Of a stretch of DNA of 64,000 bases, positions 46,972 through 55,528 are shown in pieces. The position numbers were made by a program, and so were the translations under genes. Location: positions 39,419 through 103,418 of the forward strand of contig CAYHFQ010000001.1 of NCBI GenBank assembly GCA_964355955.1, written 5' to 3'. Origin of the DNA: an uncultured Gammaproteobacteria bacterium (GTDB lineage: Bacteria > Patescibacteriota > Patescibacteriia > UBA9934). Within the stretch, counting starts at the first letter, position 1; the number at the start of each line of letters is the position of its first letter. The notes beneath the pieces are model-generated. The model saw only the letters and a list, made by a program, of their open reading frames with translations, was not told the DNA's origin and did no database searches.

Positions 46972-47463
46972 TTAGGCTCTTTTTTTACAGGTAAATTTAT
47001 GATAATGGTCGGCCAAGTTGAGTAACGGAACGCTGGTGCGCTTAAGCAAAATCGAGCATTTGTTTTTGTTGGGTATCAATAATGAGACTGGAAATTGACG
47101 CTCAACTAGGAAATCTACTAAACAACGAAAATCGCCATCGCCTGAAACTATTACACAACCGTCAAAAACTTTTTCGTAATAATCTGAAACTACCTGTAAG
47201 ACTAGCTCAGCATCGCAATTGCCCTTGATTAAACCGAGCGAAGTAGTGACTGTTTCTTTGAAGATGAGAATGAAGCCAGCTTCCTGAAGATGTTTATATA
47301 GTTTAGTGCGCTGCGGAATCAAACCGATAAATAAATAGACTTTAGTAGCGCCAAATTTTTGCCGTAGCCAGCCACGCATTTTGGCGTAATCGATATTATG
47401 GCCGAGTTCGGTTGAACCTTTATGTAGGTTGGCTCCATCAATATAAATACCCGTATTTTCCAT
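46972..47463 (-). CDS. NYN-domain (LabA-like, PIN-fold) protein, paralog 1
   Basis: IYIDGANL… and VSGDGDF motifs of the NYN family. The first plausible Met (MENTGIY) is at 47463. Confidence 0.65.
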   Translation of the reverse strand: MENTGIYIDGANLHKGSTELGHNIDYAKMRGWLRQKFGATKVYLFIGLIPQRTKLYKHLQEAGFILIFKETVTTSLGLIKGNCDAELVLQVVSDYYEKVFDGCVIVSGDGDFRCLVDFLVERQFPVSLLIPNKNKCSILLKRTSVPLLNLADHYHKFTCKKRA

Positions 47464-47580
47464 ATTTGGTATTGTACCATTTCCATTGTCTCCGCTAAAC
47501 GCGAAACCGGAGTCTGCACGCACGATGGCGGCAAACTCCGGTTAGAGACGCTGGGCCACTTCGCGAGGAAGTGCCGAGGG

Positions 47581-48108
47581 TCAGGGGGTGGGCTGTTGCT
47601 CGTCCGAGATCACCAAACGGTGTTCTGCGTCCATCATGTCGACGAGATTGATCATGTAGATGCTCCAGCTCCCTGATTGCCAGTAGAGCAACGGAGCGAA
47701 CATATAGTTGCAGTCGGAAAAGGCAGAGTCATCTGGCCACATGACCGTAGTGCCGGTGAAACCCACCCCCTTGTACCGCTTCCATTCCTCAGGAATGAGG
47801 TGCTGGTTGCGATATAGAAAAGCAAGCATATTGATATTACCCGGGCGCTTGGTCTTGAGACGTTCGACCAACACATCGACGAGAATCGGACAGCCGATGC
47901 GCTGTTCCGGGCTCTGGTAGAGCTTGAGGCTGTTGACCGCGACCAGACCACAGGGCCGGTGTGCAATGATCTTCATGCCAAGCTCAGGAAAGTGATCTGT
48001 TGGTGGGGTAGTACAGTCGACAATACCGATGATGACGCCGGTAGCACGAAGGGCGGCCAAAGCGTCGGCCTCGGTGTCGAAGGACTGTGCGAAAGGGAGA
48101 GAGGACAT
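47581..48108 (-). CDS. Hypothetical protein (GC-rich)
   Basis: ORF starting at MSSLPF… with no recognisable motif. Confidence 0.4.
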   Translation of the reverse strand: MSSLPFAQSFDTEADALAALRATGVIIGIVDCTTPPTDHFPELGMKIIAHRPCGLVAVNSLKLYQSPEQRIGCPILVDVLVERLKTKRPGNINMLAFLYRNQHLIPEEWKRYKGVGFTGTTVMWPDDSAFSDCNYMFAPLLYWQSGSWSIYMINLVDMMDAEHRLVISDEQQPTP

Positions 48109-48247
48109 GGGATCTCCGAGGGATTGAGGGTTGGGAGGGTGCGTAGGGATTAAACCCACGACTGGTTATAATAGCAGAAAATAGGCCCAAAGTCAAGTTA
48201 ATTGATGCACAAAATGGCTAAAGTTGGCCTAATTAGTGGTTAATCTA

Positions 48248-48276
48248 TTGACCAAGATAACTAATTCCGCTATTGT
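48248..48276 (+). promoter_or_regulatory. Sigma70-like promoter of rpsO
   Basis: TTGACC-17 nt-TATTGT, with TTCCGC immediately upstream of the -10, about 80 nt before the rpsO ATG. Confidence 0.45.
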
Positions 48277-48359
48277 TGGCCTACTTAATAAAAGTCGTGG
48301 ACTGAGGTTGACCAGTTTGAGCGCTGGCGACTCCTATCCTCGAGTGAACATGATTCGCT

Positions 48360-48650
48360 ATGCTCAGCGCAAAACAGAAAGAGAATCTGATCAAAAAGTA
48401 CGGTACGCACGCCAAGGACACTGGTTCCCCACAGGTGCAAATCGCCCTTTTGACCAAAGAAGTTGAAGAATTGACTAAGCACTTGAAGGATCACCGCAAG
48501 GACTTCAGTTCCCGCCGTGGTTTGATCAAGAAAGTGGCAGAACGCCGACGCTTGATGAAGTACTTGGAGCGTGAAGACGAGAAGGCTTACCTCGAGTTGG
48601 TAGCCGACCTCGGTTTGAAGACCCAGCAATTGAAGGCCAAGACAGCCTAA
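48360..48650 (+). CDS. rpsO: 30S ribosomal protein S15
   Basis: …DTGSPQVQIALLTKEVEELTKHLKDHRKDFSSRRGL… S15 signature. Confidence 0.9.
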   Translation: MLSAKQKENLIKKYGTHAKDTGSPQVQIALLTKEVEELTKHLKDHRKDFSSRRGLIKKVAERRRLMKYLEREDEKAYLELVADLGLKTQQLKAKTA

Positions 48651-48675
48651 GTCAAAGAGTTTAGGAAAGTGACAC

Positions 48676-48710
48676 CTCGCTCTTTCGTAGAGCGGGGTGT
48701 TACTGTATAC
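48676..48710 (+). terminator. Rho-independent terminator/attenuator after rpsO
   Basis: CCTCGCTCTttcgtAGAGCGGGG followed by a T-containing tract. Confidence 0.5.
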
Positions 48711-48755
48711 TAAAAACACATTTCATTATCATTTTTTTAAAGAGTTTTTTCTTTT

Positions 48756-49394
48756 ATGTTAGATACTTCAAACCGCCGCGTGGGTGTGTTCATCGACATC
48801 CAAAACATGTACTACAGTGCCCGTAATTTGTACGGCAACAAGGTCAACTTTACGAACATTGTAACGGGAACGACGGGTGATCAGAAGCTCATTCGGGCGA
48901 TTGCTTACTGCGTGTCAACCAAGACAGGTGACGAAACGCCATTCCTTGAGGCTTTGCACGGCGCTGGCATTGAGGTGATGACTAAGGAGTTGCTAGAATA
49001 TGATTCCGGTCATAAGAAAGGGGACTGGGACGTGGGGATTACCATCGACATTATTCGTATGCTCGACATGCTCGACGTAGTAGTGCTCGTCAGTGGCGAC
49101 GGCGACTACGTGCCAGTTGGCGAATATGTGAAAGGTCATGGTCGTATTTTCCATGTGGCGTCATTCCGCGAGTCAACGTCGACCCGGTTGGTAGAATGCG
49201 CTGACGTGTACACCAACTTGAGTGATGATACTGCCACCTTCCTGTTGCCTGGCAGTAACAAGCCGCGCCCAGCCAAGCCAGGAAGCAGCAGCATCGACCC
49301 AACGTCGACGGAGGATGAACCGAGCCTTGCAGTAGATAAGAACGTGGTGAATGATGCGGAGAGGAAGCCTCGAAGGTATGTGAGGAAAAGCTAG
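48756..49394 (+). CDS. NYN-domain (LabA-like) protein, paralog 2
   Basis: VGVFIDIQN… and VSGDGDY motifs. Inserted between rpsO and pnp. Confidence 0.65.
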   Translation: MLDTSNRRVGVFIDIQNMYYSARNLYGNKVNFTNIVTGTTGDQKLIRAIAYCVSTKTGDETPFLEALHGAGIEVMTKELLEYDSGHKKGDWDVGITIDIIRMLDMLDVVVLVSGDGDYVPVGEYVKGHGRIFHVASFRESTSTRLVECADVYTNLSDDTATFLLPGSNKPRPAKPGSSSIDPTSTEDEPSLAVDKNVVNDAERKPRRYVRKS

Positions 49395-49501
49395 TTGGAT
49401 AGTTGATCCACAGTCATTGATAACAAAATTATCGATGGCTGCAATCACTTATTCATAACACTCGGTCTGTTATTTCGACGTTAGGAGACATCTTCAGATA
49501 G

Positions 49502-51715
49502 ATGTCAGCTATGGTCGGGATGAACAGCGAGTTCTATATTATGGCAACGAACAAGTTTAGCATGGAGTACGGCGGTAAAACGCTGACGATTGAAACAGGC
49601 AAGATGGCGCAAGCGGCGAACGGCAGCTGTTTGGTGCAGTACGGCAACACGGTGGTCCTCGCCACCGCAGTGTTGGCTAAGGACAAGCGCCCAGGCCTTG
49701 GCTTCTTCCCACTGATGGTGGAGTTTGAAGAGAAGCTGTACGCCGCTGGCCGCATTAAGGGTTCACGTTTTATTAAGCGTGAGGGTCGGCCAACAGATGA
49801 AGCGGTGTTGAATGCTCGGTTTATTGACCGCGCGATTCGCCCGTTGTTCGATAAACGGATTGAACACGACGTGCAGGTGATTGTAAGCGTACTGGCCTTT
49901 GACGGCGAGAACGACGCTGACGTGCCAGGCCTGATTGCCGCCAGCTGTGCCTTGCACATGAGCGATATCCCATGGAATGGTCCGATTGCCGCAGCTCGTG
50001 TCAACGAAGCGAATGGAGAATTGATCATTAACGGCACCTACGAACAGCGTGGTGTCAGCCAGTTCGACATCGACGTTGCTGGAACACCGGAGAAGATTGT
50101 GATGATTGAAGCTGGCGCTAACCAGGTGGACGAGGAAATGGTGCTGAAGGCTTTTGAGTTTGGTAGTAAGGCGCTTGGTCCGGTAATTAAATTGATTGAG
50201 GAAGTGCGTGCGGCAGTTGGTAAAGAGAAGAAGGACTTATTTACGCCAACCACGGAAGCTGAGAAGCTCGGTCACAGTAAGCGTGAAGCGGTGAAAGAGA
50301 TGGCTTTGACCTTCTTGGAACCGGTGATTCGCGAGTTGTTCTTTGGCGCACCAAAGGCCAGCAAGACAGAACGGGCTGTGGCGCGCGATGAAGTTAAGCA
50401 CCGTTTGGCTGAGTATTTGGTAGCCCAGGGAGTGGAGTCAGCTGAGGTTGGTTACGCCGGCAGCTTGGTTTATGGTGCGATTGAGGGAGTAATTACTAAG
50501 ATGATTTTGGATGAAGGCAAGCGCGTTGACGGTCGGGCCTTGAACGAGATCCGTCCATTGTCGAGTGAGGTAGCGACGTTGCCTTGTGTGCACGGTTCCG
50601 CCTTGTTTATGCGCGGCGAAACGCAGGTGCTGTCTATTTGTACGCTTGGTGCGCCGGGCGATAAGCAGACGCTCGACGGCATGGAATTAACTGGCGAAAA
50701 GCGCTTCATGCATCACTATAACTTCCCTCCATTCTCCGTCGGCGAAGCTAAGCCACTCCGTGGTGCCAGCCGCCGCGATATTGGCCATGGTGCGCTCGCT
50801 GAAAAGGCCCTGAACTTCATGATCCCGGCGAAGGAAATCTTCCCATACTCCATTCGCGTCGTGTCGGAAGTACTGGGTAGCAACGGCAGCAGCTCCATGG
50901 GTTCAACCTGTGGTACAACGCTGGCTTTGATGGACGCTGGTGTGCCGATTTTGGCGCCAGTGGCTGGTATCGCGATGGGTTTGGCCAGTGACGGCAAGCG
51001 CAGTGTGGTGATTACCGACTTGCAGGACTTGGAAGACGGTGAGGGTGGCATGGACTTCAAGATTACTGGTACGGCCAAAGGTATTACGGCGATTCAGATG
51101 GATACTAAGACTGAAGGTTTGACTCGTGAAATCATGGCCGAAGCTGTACGCGGTGCTAAGACAGCCCGCTTGCAAGTGCTCGACGTAATGTTGGCCGCAT
51201 TGCCAGCTCCACGTAAGGAACTGTCGCCGAATGCCCCACGTATCTTGCAGTTGAAGATTAACCCAGAGAAGATTCGTGAGGTTATTGGCCCGGGCGGTAA
51301 GATGATCAACGAGATTATTGCTAAGACTGGCGTTAGTTCGATTGATATTGAACAAGACGGCTTGGTGATGATTACGGCGCTTGATGGTCCTTCTGGTGAA
51401 GCTGCGCTCAAGTGGGTGACGGATTTGACCCGTGAAGTGCAAGCCGGTGAGTTGTTTGACGGTGAAGTGGTCCGCTTGATGGAATTCGGCGCGTTTGTGC
51501 AGATTTTGCCAGGTAAGGATGGCTTGGTGCATATTTCCGAAATGGCTCCATGGCGCGTCGACAAGGTGACTGACATTGTGAAAGTTGGCGACAAGGTGAA
51601 GGTTAAGGTTATTGAAATTGATGACAAGGGCCGCACGAATTTGAGCATGAAACAGGCTGAGGGTAACGTCTACCCAGAACGCCCAGCGGCCGCGGCACCG
51701 ACTACTAAACGATAA
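49502..51715 (+). CDS. pnp: Polynucleotide phosphorylase
   Basis: Two RNase PH-like domains, then KH, then a C-terminal S1 domain (…GLVHISEMAPWRVDKV…). Alignment to E. coli suggests the true start may be the ATG at 49541. Confidence 0.92.
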   Translation: MSAMVGMNSEFYIMATNKFSMEYGGKTLTIETGKMAQAANGSCLVQYGNTVVLATAVLAKDKRPGLGFFPLMVEFEEKLYAAGRIKGSRFIKREGRPTDEAVLNARFIDRAIRPLFDKRIEHDVQVIVSVLAFDGENDADVPGLIAASCALHMSDIPWNGPIAAARVNEANGELIINGTYEQRGVSQFDIDVAGTPEKIVMIEAGANQVDEEMVLKAFEFGSKALGPVIKLIEEVRAAVGKEKKDLFTPTTEAEKLGHSKREAVKEMALTFLEPVIRELFFGAPKASKTERAVARDEVKHRLAEYLVAQGVESAEVGYAGSLVYGAIEGVITKMILDEGKRVDGRALNEIRPLSSEVATLPCVHGSALFMRGETQVLSICTLGAPGDKQTLDGMELTGEKRFMHHYNFPPFSVGEAKPLRGASRRDIGHGALAEKALNFMIPAKEIFPYSIRVVSEVLGSNGSSSMGSTCGTTLALMDAGVPILAPVAGIAMGLASDGKRSVVITDLQDLEDGEGGMDFKITGTAKGITAIQMDTKTEGLTREIMAEAVRGAKTARLQVLDVMLAALPAPRKELSPNAPRILQLKINPEKIREVIGPGGKMINEIIAKTGVSSIDIEQDGLVMITALDGPSGEAALKWVTDLTREVQAGELFDGEVVRLMEFGAFVQILPGKDGLVHISEMAPWRVDKVTDIVKVGDKVKVKVIEIDDKGRTNLSMKQAEGNVYPERPAAAAPTTKR

Positions 51716-51719
51716 GAAT

Positions 51720-52961
51720 GTGCCAGGAGCGCTAAACATTCCTCTTGAGGGACAAATAACAACCCGGCATGATTACGCTCGGGTTGTTGCCCTTTATAGT
51801 GCGCTTGCGTTAGGCTTAGTGGTCGGAATTGTGGCTTGGCGAGCCCAGTACGTAGTTTCTCCGACCTTACGGTATCAGCCAAAGGACACAGCAATGAGTA
51901 TTCATTTACTGGTGACACCGAAGAATAGGCGGATAATAACCGAGCATTTGAATGGATTAGCTGTAATTGCTGGATCACCAGTATCGCTCGGTGAAATAAT
52001 CGATGTAAGCAAGAGGGAAGTAACATTCAATATTGGTAACGACGGCTCGGTTAGTTACGTTGTCGATACCGTACTAAATGAAGAGAGTAGCAAGAGCTTA
52101 GAGGGTTTCGGCTATAAAACTAGCGTTCATGGCGGTACAACGGTGATAACGAGGAACAACAAGGAGGTGATCGATACTGGTACCCATGTGACTTTACGTG
52201 CTTTGTCGCCGTTTTTTCAGGGTGAAGTGGTTACGAATGGAGCTGAGGCGGCTCGCGAGCCGCTGCATATAAGCGCTAAGGGAATCACTATTCGAGGAAC
52301 GGATGTGGCGACCGATGATGCAATGATGCCGATGATCAGTGCAGATGCTAAGGTTTTAGCTAATTTAACTGTGCCAGCTAATTCGTTACAGTTGCCGAGC
52401 ATGATCGCCACGCTCTTGCCGATACCAGCAGATAGCCGAGCATTAACAATGTTACTGGCGAATGGTGGGTCGATTCTATTAACCGAGGATGCGGCAGGCC
52501 TGGGCTATTATTTGAGCTTTGGGCCAGGTGATATGACGGTTGACGAAGCTGCTAACCTTGGTAAGGATATGATGAATAGGGTGAGCTTGGCTACGCTAGC
52601 GTGGACAACTAGTGATGGAACGAGCTATAACGAGCTGAGAAGTAACCCGGCTGATATCACGACTGAGATTAAAGCCGAGGAGACCTATACCTTCATTACC
52701 CTGACTAATAGAGCTGGAGAGACTTTACGGATTGCTAAGACACCAAGCTTGATAACCGTAGCTAATCGCGAAATTTCTTTAGAAAATGGGGCTAGGCCAG
52801 CGTCGACCTGCTTAAATAATGCGCATACCTGGTTCGCGACTTCACTGATTACCGAGCAGGCACCGACAATGCTTCTGAACAATAATCGTGCAGCGTCACT
52901 GTTCTTAAAAAACTTCAGTGAAGTGGCCATAAATAACAATCAGACTAAACTTTGTTGGTAA
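51720..52961 (+). CDS. Hypothetical membrane-anchored protein
   Basis: Single N-terminal TM (VVALYSALALGLVVGIVAW) followed by a large extracytoplasmic domain. No motif recognised. Confidence 0.45.
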   Translation: MPGALNIPLEGQITTRHDYARVVALYSALALGLVVGIVAWRAQYVVSPTLRYQPKDTAMSIHLLVTPKNRRIITEHLNGLAVIAGSPVSLGEIIDVSKREVTFNIGNDGSVSYVVDTVLNEESSKSLEGFGYKTSVHGGTTVITRNNKEVIDTGTHVTLRALSPFFQGEVVTNGAEAAREPLHISAKGITIRGTDVATDDAMMPMISADAKVLANLTVPANSLQLPSMIATLLPIPADSRALTMLLANGGSILLTEDAAGLGYYLSFGPGDMTVDEAANLGKDMMNRVSLATLAWTTSDGTSYNELRSNPADITTEIKAEETYTFITLTNRAGETLRIAKTPSLITVANREISLENGARPASTCLNNAHTWFATSLITEQAPTMLLNNNRAASLFLKNFSEVAINNNQTKLCW

Positions 52962-52969
52962 AAAAGTGA

Positions 52970-53046
52970 GAGAGGGGGATAAGTGCTGTTATCCCCACAA
53001 GTTATCCACAGGGGTATACAGAATTAGTTCAGAAAGTTATCCACAA
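52970..53046. promoter_or_regulatory. Cluster of three DnaA-box-like 9-mers plus a GGGGATAA/TTATCCCC palindrome
   Basis: TTATCCCCA (52989), TTATCCACA (53002) and TTATCCACA (53037), all in the same orientation within 57 bp. The palindrome GGGGATAAgtgctgTTATCCCC lies at 52972-52996. Confidence 0.5.
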
Positions 53047-53149
53047 ATAGAGATTTTCCTTATTTTGCAGGGCTTGTAGGCTGTTTACAATAGGTGTTCA
53101 GGGAACTATAATATTAATGTGAACTTCTCACTTGTTCTTTCCACAAAAC

Positions 53150-53560
53150 CTCTAAGCTCCGTGCGAAGCATCGTACGGCTGACATAGGGGAAGTCCTCCG
53201 AAGCCCCCACAATTTAGCTTCGGGGGATACCTCACTACTTTACTCTCATACTATTGGTCGACTGGGCTCGCGTCTTGTATGCGTCCGGCATGCCAGGGAA
53301 CCCTATCGGGGTAGAGTAGAACGTCAAAGCGTCTGACTGTCGACGCCGATCTGAGGCTGCGTTGCCCGGTGATGTCTCTAAGAATGAGATATGACCTGGA
53401 AACCCAGCAACAGAGCCGGTGTCCATCACACGCCCTCGTCTGAGGGACATAAGCCAATCTGTTGAGCCAGGACATCATCGTAGATTTATTCTATCTTTCC
53501 TAGGCCTCGCGCCTCAACACTTTTCTCGCTTATCTCCCTCTTTTCTTTTCCCCAAATTTT
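53150..53560. ncRNA. Candidate structured non-coding RNA or leader (unclassified)
   Basis: ~400-nt GC-rich segment with only short, overlapping ORFs and many local stem-loops (e.g. CCGAAGCccccacaatttaGCTTCGG). It sits between the DnaA-box cluster and the dksA-like gene. RNase P, tmRNA and SRP hallmarks were not found. Confidence 0.25.
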
Positions 53561-53601
53561 GCTATAGTAGCCAGCACTTAAAGGCATCTGATTTTAACCG
53601 T

Positions 53602-53967
53602 ATGGACAAGACACTTTTGGCTCAATTGACCGAGGCTTTGAAGACTGAAAAGGCTAAGCTCGAAGCAGAAATTGCGAAGATTGCGCATCGTGGCGTAGAC
53701 GGCGCAGTAGCAACTGATTTTCCGGATCATGGCGATAGTGAAGACGAGAATGCGGCCGAGGTGGCTGAGTTCAGCGACAACTTGTCATTAGAAAGTGAAC
53801 TTGAAGATGGCTTGAAAGATATTAAGTCGGCTTTGAAGGCGATTGAAAACGGTACCTACGGCCAGTGTAAGTACTGCAAACAAGTAATTGATGTGCAACG
53901 CTTGCTGGCGCGCCCAACGAGCACTTCGTGTATTGCTTGTAAGAAGACGCTCACCCAGGAAGTTTAG
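53602..53967 (+). CDS. DksA/TraR-family C4 zinc-finger protein
   Basis: Coiled-coil N-terminus and C-terminal CxxC…CxxC (CKYCKQ…CIACKK). Confidence 0.65.
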   Translation: MDKTLLAQLTEALKTEKAKLEAEIAKIAHRGVDGAVATDFPDHGDSEDENAAEVAEFSDNLSLESELEDGLKDIKSALKAIENGTYGQCKYCKQVIDVQRLLARPTSTSCIACKKTLTQEV

Positions 53968-54035
53968 AACAAGAAGACCTGCGAATGATCGCGGGTCTTT
54001 TGTTTGGAGGGAGGGTAAGGTATTATTCGATCATT

Positions 54036-54458
54036 ATGGATCAAGCAGTAATTAAACTAGGTGCAGGCTGCGTAGTTATTAAGGATGGAATGACGTTGTT
54101 AGCCAAGAGAAAAGGTAAATTCGCAACTGGCATGTGGGGTAGCATGGGCGGTCATGTTGAGTTTGGCGAAAGCCCGACTGAGGCCGCAATTCGCGAGGCT
54201 AAAGAAGAGTTGGGAATTGAGGTTGGCAATTTAGAATTTGTGCAGTGCATGAGCATGATGCACGATGGTAAACATTATTTGGATGTTTCGTTTAAGGCCG
54301 ATATCATCAGCGGTGAACCGACTATCATGGAGCCGGATAAGATCGCGGAAATCGGCTGGTTCCCGCTAACTAATTTGCCTTCGCCGATGTTTCCGCCGGT
54401 GTCGACGGTGTTGGATGCGATTACGAGTGGGAATAAGTACCTGGAGATAAGGGAATAA
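54036..54458 (+). CDS. NUDIX hydrolase
   Basis: Nudix box GGHVEFGESPTEAAIREAKEELGIE. RBS GGAGGGAGGG lies upstream. Confidence 0.8.
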   Translation: MDQAVIKLGAGCVVIKDGMTLLAKRKGKFATGMWGSMGGHVEFGESPTEAAIREAKEELGIEVGNLEFVQCMSMMHDGKHYLDVSFKADIISGEPTIMEPDKIAEIGWFPLTNLPSPMFPPVSTVLDAITSGNKYLEIRE

Positions 54459-54534
54459 ACCTATGCGGGATAGGATTCCGAAGATTGAGGAAAAGTGAGG
54501 ATTTGATGGGAGAGTTATTCTTGATGAGGCCTAT

Positions 54535-54900
54535 ATGATTGTCTTTGTAGCAAGTTCAAGAAAATATTATGACCGGGTAAAGATGCTTAAAGCAGAGCTC
54601 GATAAGTTTGACGTTAAGGGTTATTATCCGTACTTTGATTTACCAGATATTGAGGGTGATGACGAAAGGAAGAAGCAGGTGACTCTGCAGCATTTTCCTG
54701 AGATTGATCAGGTTGATACTTTGTATATTGTTGCTCCGGCTGGATATGTTGGTTATTCGGTGACGATTGAGACGGCCTATGCTTATGCTAAAGGCAAACG
54801 GATTATTAGTTCAGAGCCGATAACTGAATTTGCGGTGAGAGCGCTGGTGTCGGAGGTGATGACGCCTGATGAGTTCGTAGCTAGCGCGGGACGACGTTGA
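54535..54900 (+). CDS. Hypothetical protein, possibly nucleoside 2-deoxyribosyltransferase-like Rossmann fold
   Basis: 121 aa. …LYIVAPAGYVGYSVTIETAYAYAKGKRII… pattern. Weak call. Confidence 0.3.
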   Translation: MIVFVASSRKYYDRVKMLKAELDKFDVKGYYPYFDLPDIEGDDERKKQVTLQHFPEIDQVDTLYIVAPAGYVGYSVTIETAYAYAKGKRIISSEPITEFAVRALVSEVMTPDEFVASAGRR

Positions 54901-54925
54901 ACGTCGTCCATGACCTATATTTATT

Positions 54926-55375
54926 ATGCGCAAGCCAGTTTTGATTATTTTAATAGCGGGGATTATCGAGATTGTCGATGTAGTTTTTAAAGCGGCGGCG
55001 ATTCGCGGTTTCAAACCTGATAGCGAAGTACTGAGCTGGCCGGTGGATTTGGCGCTGCATAAGAATCCGGGGATAACGGGGGATACAATGATTCCGCTCT
55101 TCATTGTGATACCGCTGACGATTATTGTGATTGGTTTTTTAGTGAGGTTTGCGTGGATGAAGAGAAAGATGAACGTGATGCAAGCAGCGGGAGCAAGTGT
55201 CGTGGTGATTGGGGCGATGGGTAACCTCGTCGATAGAGTCGTGAATGGATTTACGACGGATTATCTGATATTTTTTAGATTATCGGCGATCAATTTATCA
55301 GATATCCTCATAGTAGCTGGCGCGATTATTTTAATCGTTTATAATAAGTCCATTCCCCAGTCGACGAAACAGTGA
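54926..55375 (+). CDS. lspA: Lipoprotein signal peptidase (signal peptidase II)
   Basis: Four TM segments. Conserved GAMGNLVDR and FTTDY motifs, and a NLSD box. Confidence 0.8.
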   Translation: MRKPVLIILIAGIIEIVDVVFKAAAIRGFKPDSEVLSWPVDLALHKNPGITGDTMIPLFIVIPLTIIVIGFLVRFAWMKRKMNVMQAAGASVVVIGAMGNLVDRVVNGFTTDYLIFFRLSAINLSDILIVAGAIILIVYNKSIPQSTKQ

Positions 55376-55528
55376 AAACTTCCCCAGTCGGTCTATTTTC
55401 AACTCACATCTGCACAAACTTTCTCACCGTAGCACTAACTACGCCTCGAAAGCTTTGTTTGCTGTTCATTGAAACTAGCCTCAACTGGAAAAGTTTTCTT
55501 ATAATTCTCTCCCCGTAATTAATACAAT

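Noticed and set aside
50903-51739. 278-aa and 184-aa minus-strand ORFs inside pnp
   Set aside because: They are antisense to polynucleotide phosphorylase, which is unambiguous from its RNase PH, KH and S1 domains.
53150-53560. RNase P RNA, tmRNA or SRP RNA identity for the structured non-coding region
   Set aside because: GGGGAAGUCC loosely resembles the RNase P P4 5' strand, but no complementary 3' strand (ACAGARCCCGGCU) pairing, no GGU(A)AGAGCGCACC-like motif, no tmRNA tag frame or CCA end, and no SRP domain IV motif were found. It is left unclassified.
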